A stretch of 64,000 nt of DNA. It comes from Vicinamibacteria bacterium (lineage in GTDB: Bacteria; Acidobacteriota; Vicinamibacteria; Fen-336; JAGNNV01). This document shows positions 62,973-64,000 of the stretch, piece by piece. The position numbers and the translations under genes are program-made. The stretch spans positions 1,139-65,138 of the forward strand of contig JANLSZ010000354.1 of the NCBI GenBank assembly GCA_031362685.1. Reading direction: 5' to 3'. The stretch's first letter is position 1. The number at the start of each line of letters is the position of its first letter. The notes below the pieces were generated by a model. The model was not told the DNA's origin. It searched no databases and was given only the letters and a program-made list of their open reading frames with translations.

Positions 62973-64000
62973 CTACCAGCCGACGGGGACGCCTTTGTTC
63001 TGTTCGTCGAGCCACTTCTGGAGAGGCGCGAAGTAATCAAGGATCGCCGTCGCGTCCATCTGACGAGACCCGGTGAGCGCCTCCATGGCGTCGGGCCAGG
63101 GCTTCGACACTCCCATGGCCAGCATGGTGGCGAGCCTGGCTCCCGCTTCCTTCGAATCGTAGATTGAGCAGCGATTCAGTGGCCCCGTCTGGCCAGCGGC
63201 CTGACAAAGGGCGCGATGAAACTGGAACTGCTGGATGTGGGCCAGGAAATAGCGCGTGTACGGGACGTTCGCGGCCACGTGATACTTGGCCGCGGCATCG
63301 AAGTCGTCTTCGGTGCGGGTTCCCGGAGGGGCGACGCCCTGGTACTTCAAGCGCAGATCCCACCAGGCCTGGTTGTATTGGGCCGAGGTGATCTCGCCCG
63401 AAAAGATCTTCCAGCGATACTGGTCCACCAGAAGGCCGAAGGGCAGGAACGCGATCTTGTCGAGGGCCATGCGCAGGAGCAAGCCGATGTCCTTGGATGG
63501 ATCGGGTTCCTGGTCGATGAGGCCGATCTTCTTGAGATAGGACGGGGTGATCGAGAGGGCAACGGTGTCGCCGATGGCCTCGTGAAAACCGTCGTTGGCG
63601 CTGTCGCGGAACAGGAAAGGCTTCTGGTTGTAGGCGCGCTGATAGAAGTTGTGGCCCAGCTCATGGTGGATGGTGCTGAAGTCTTCCGCGTTGATTTCGA
63701 TGCACATCTTGATACGCAGGTCGTTGTCGTTGTCCACGTCCCAGGCACTGGCATGACAGACGACCTCTCGATCCTTGGGCTTGACAAACAGCGACCGCTC
63801 CCAGAAGGTCCTGGGCAAGGGCTCGAAGCCAAGAGAGGTGAAGAATCGCTCGCCGTATCGGACCATCTCGAGTTCGTCGACCTTCTTCTCCTTGAGACGC
63901 GCGGTGAGGTCGAAGCCGGGGTCGGCATTCTTCGGAGCGACCAGGGGTTCGATGTTCCCCCACTGCTGCGCCCACATGTTGCCCAGCAGATGCGCGGGGA
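62973..64000 (-). CDS. M2-family peptidyl-dipeptidase (angiotensin-converting-enzyme-like), N-terminus beyond the window
   Basis: [10 protein letters not shown] (HExxH) plus downstream HEAIGD is the M2 gluzincin signature. The frame stays open to the window edge. Confidence 0.8.
   Translation of the reverse strand, partial: PAHLLGNMWAQQWGNIEPLVAPKNADPGFDLTARLKEKKVDELEMVRYGERFFTSLGFEPLPRTFWERSLFVKPKDREVVCHASAWDVDNDNDLRIKMCIEINAEDFSTIHHELGHNFYQRAYNQKPFLFRDSANDGFHEAIGDTVALSITPSYLKKIGLIDQEPDPSKDIGLLLRMALDKIAFLPFGLLVDQYRWKIFSGEITSAQYNQAWWDLRLKYQGVAPPGTRTEDDFDAAAKYHVAANVPYTRYFLAHIQQFQFHRALCQAAGQTGPLNRCSIYDSKEAGARLATMLAMGVSKPWPDAMEALTGSRQMDATAILDYFAPLQKWLDEQNKGVPVGW

Overview
GC-rich (roughly two-thirds G+C by eye) bacterial chromosomal window. 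The gene content looks Acidobacteriota-like: a CarboxypepD_reg-type TonB receptor, secreted amidohydrolases, a Hanks kinase and MglA. This taxonomic call is inference. I support about 55 protein genes, one tRNA-Ser, one cobalamin riboswitch in front of a btuB-btuFCD-like operon, a few intrinsic-terminator hairpins and a dispersed palindromic repeat family. Housekeeping genes include dinB, purD, rsmI, rpsU, htpX and a gmhA-like isomerase. Many long ORFs in the six-frame track are antisense or frame-shadow artefacts of high GC.

Main items for follow-up:
1. A periplasmic rhodanese whose catalytic-Cys position is an in-frame TGA, making it a candidate selenoprotein.
2. An htpX / SPFH-HTH / zinc-ribbon module (55.4-60.8 kb) interleaved with large near-perfect palindromes.
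3. A Ser/Thr-kinase-PilZ-TPR gene next to a kinase-less paralog.
4. An MglA GTPase fused to a ~300-aa repeat-bearing disordered tail, with no adjacent mglB.
5. A translationally coupled GT2 / YdjC-deacetylase / GT-C-like glycolipid-type operon.
6. Three tandem amidohydrolase paralogs, of which only the middle one keeps the HxH metal motif.
7. A HEPN-MNT toxin-antitoxin pair with a possible Doc remnant.

All family calls come from reading motifs by eye. No searches were run.
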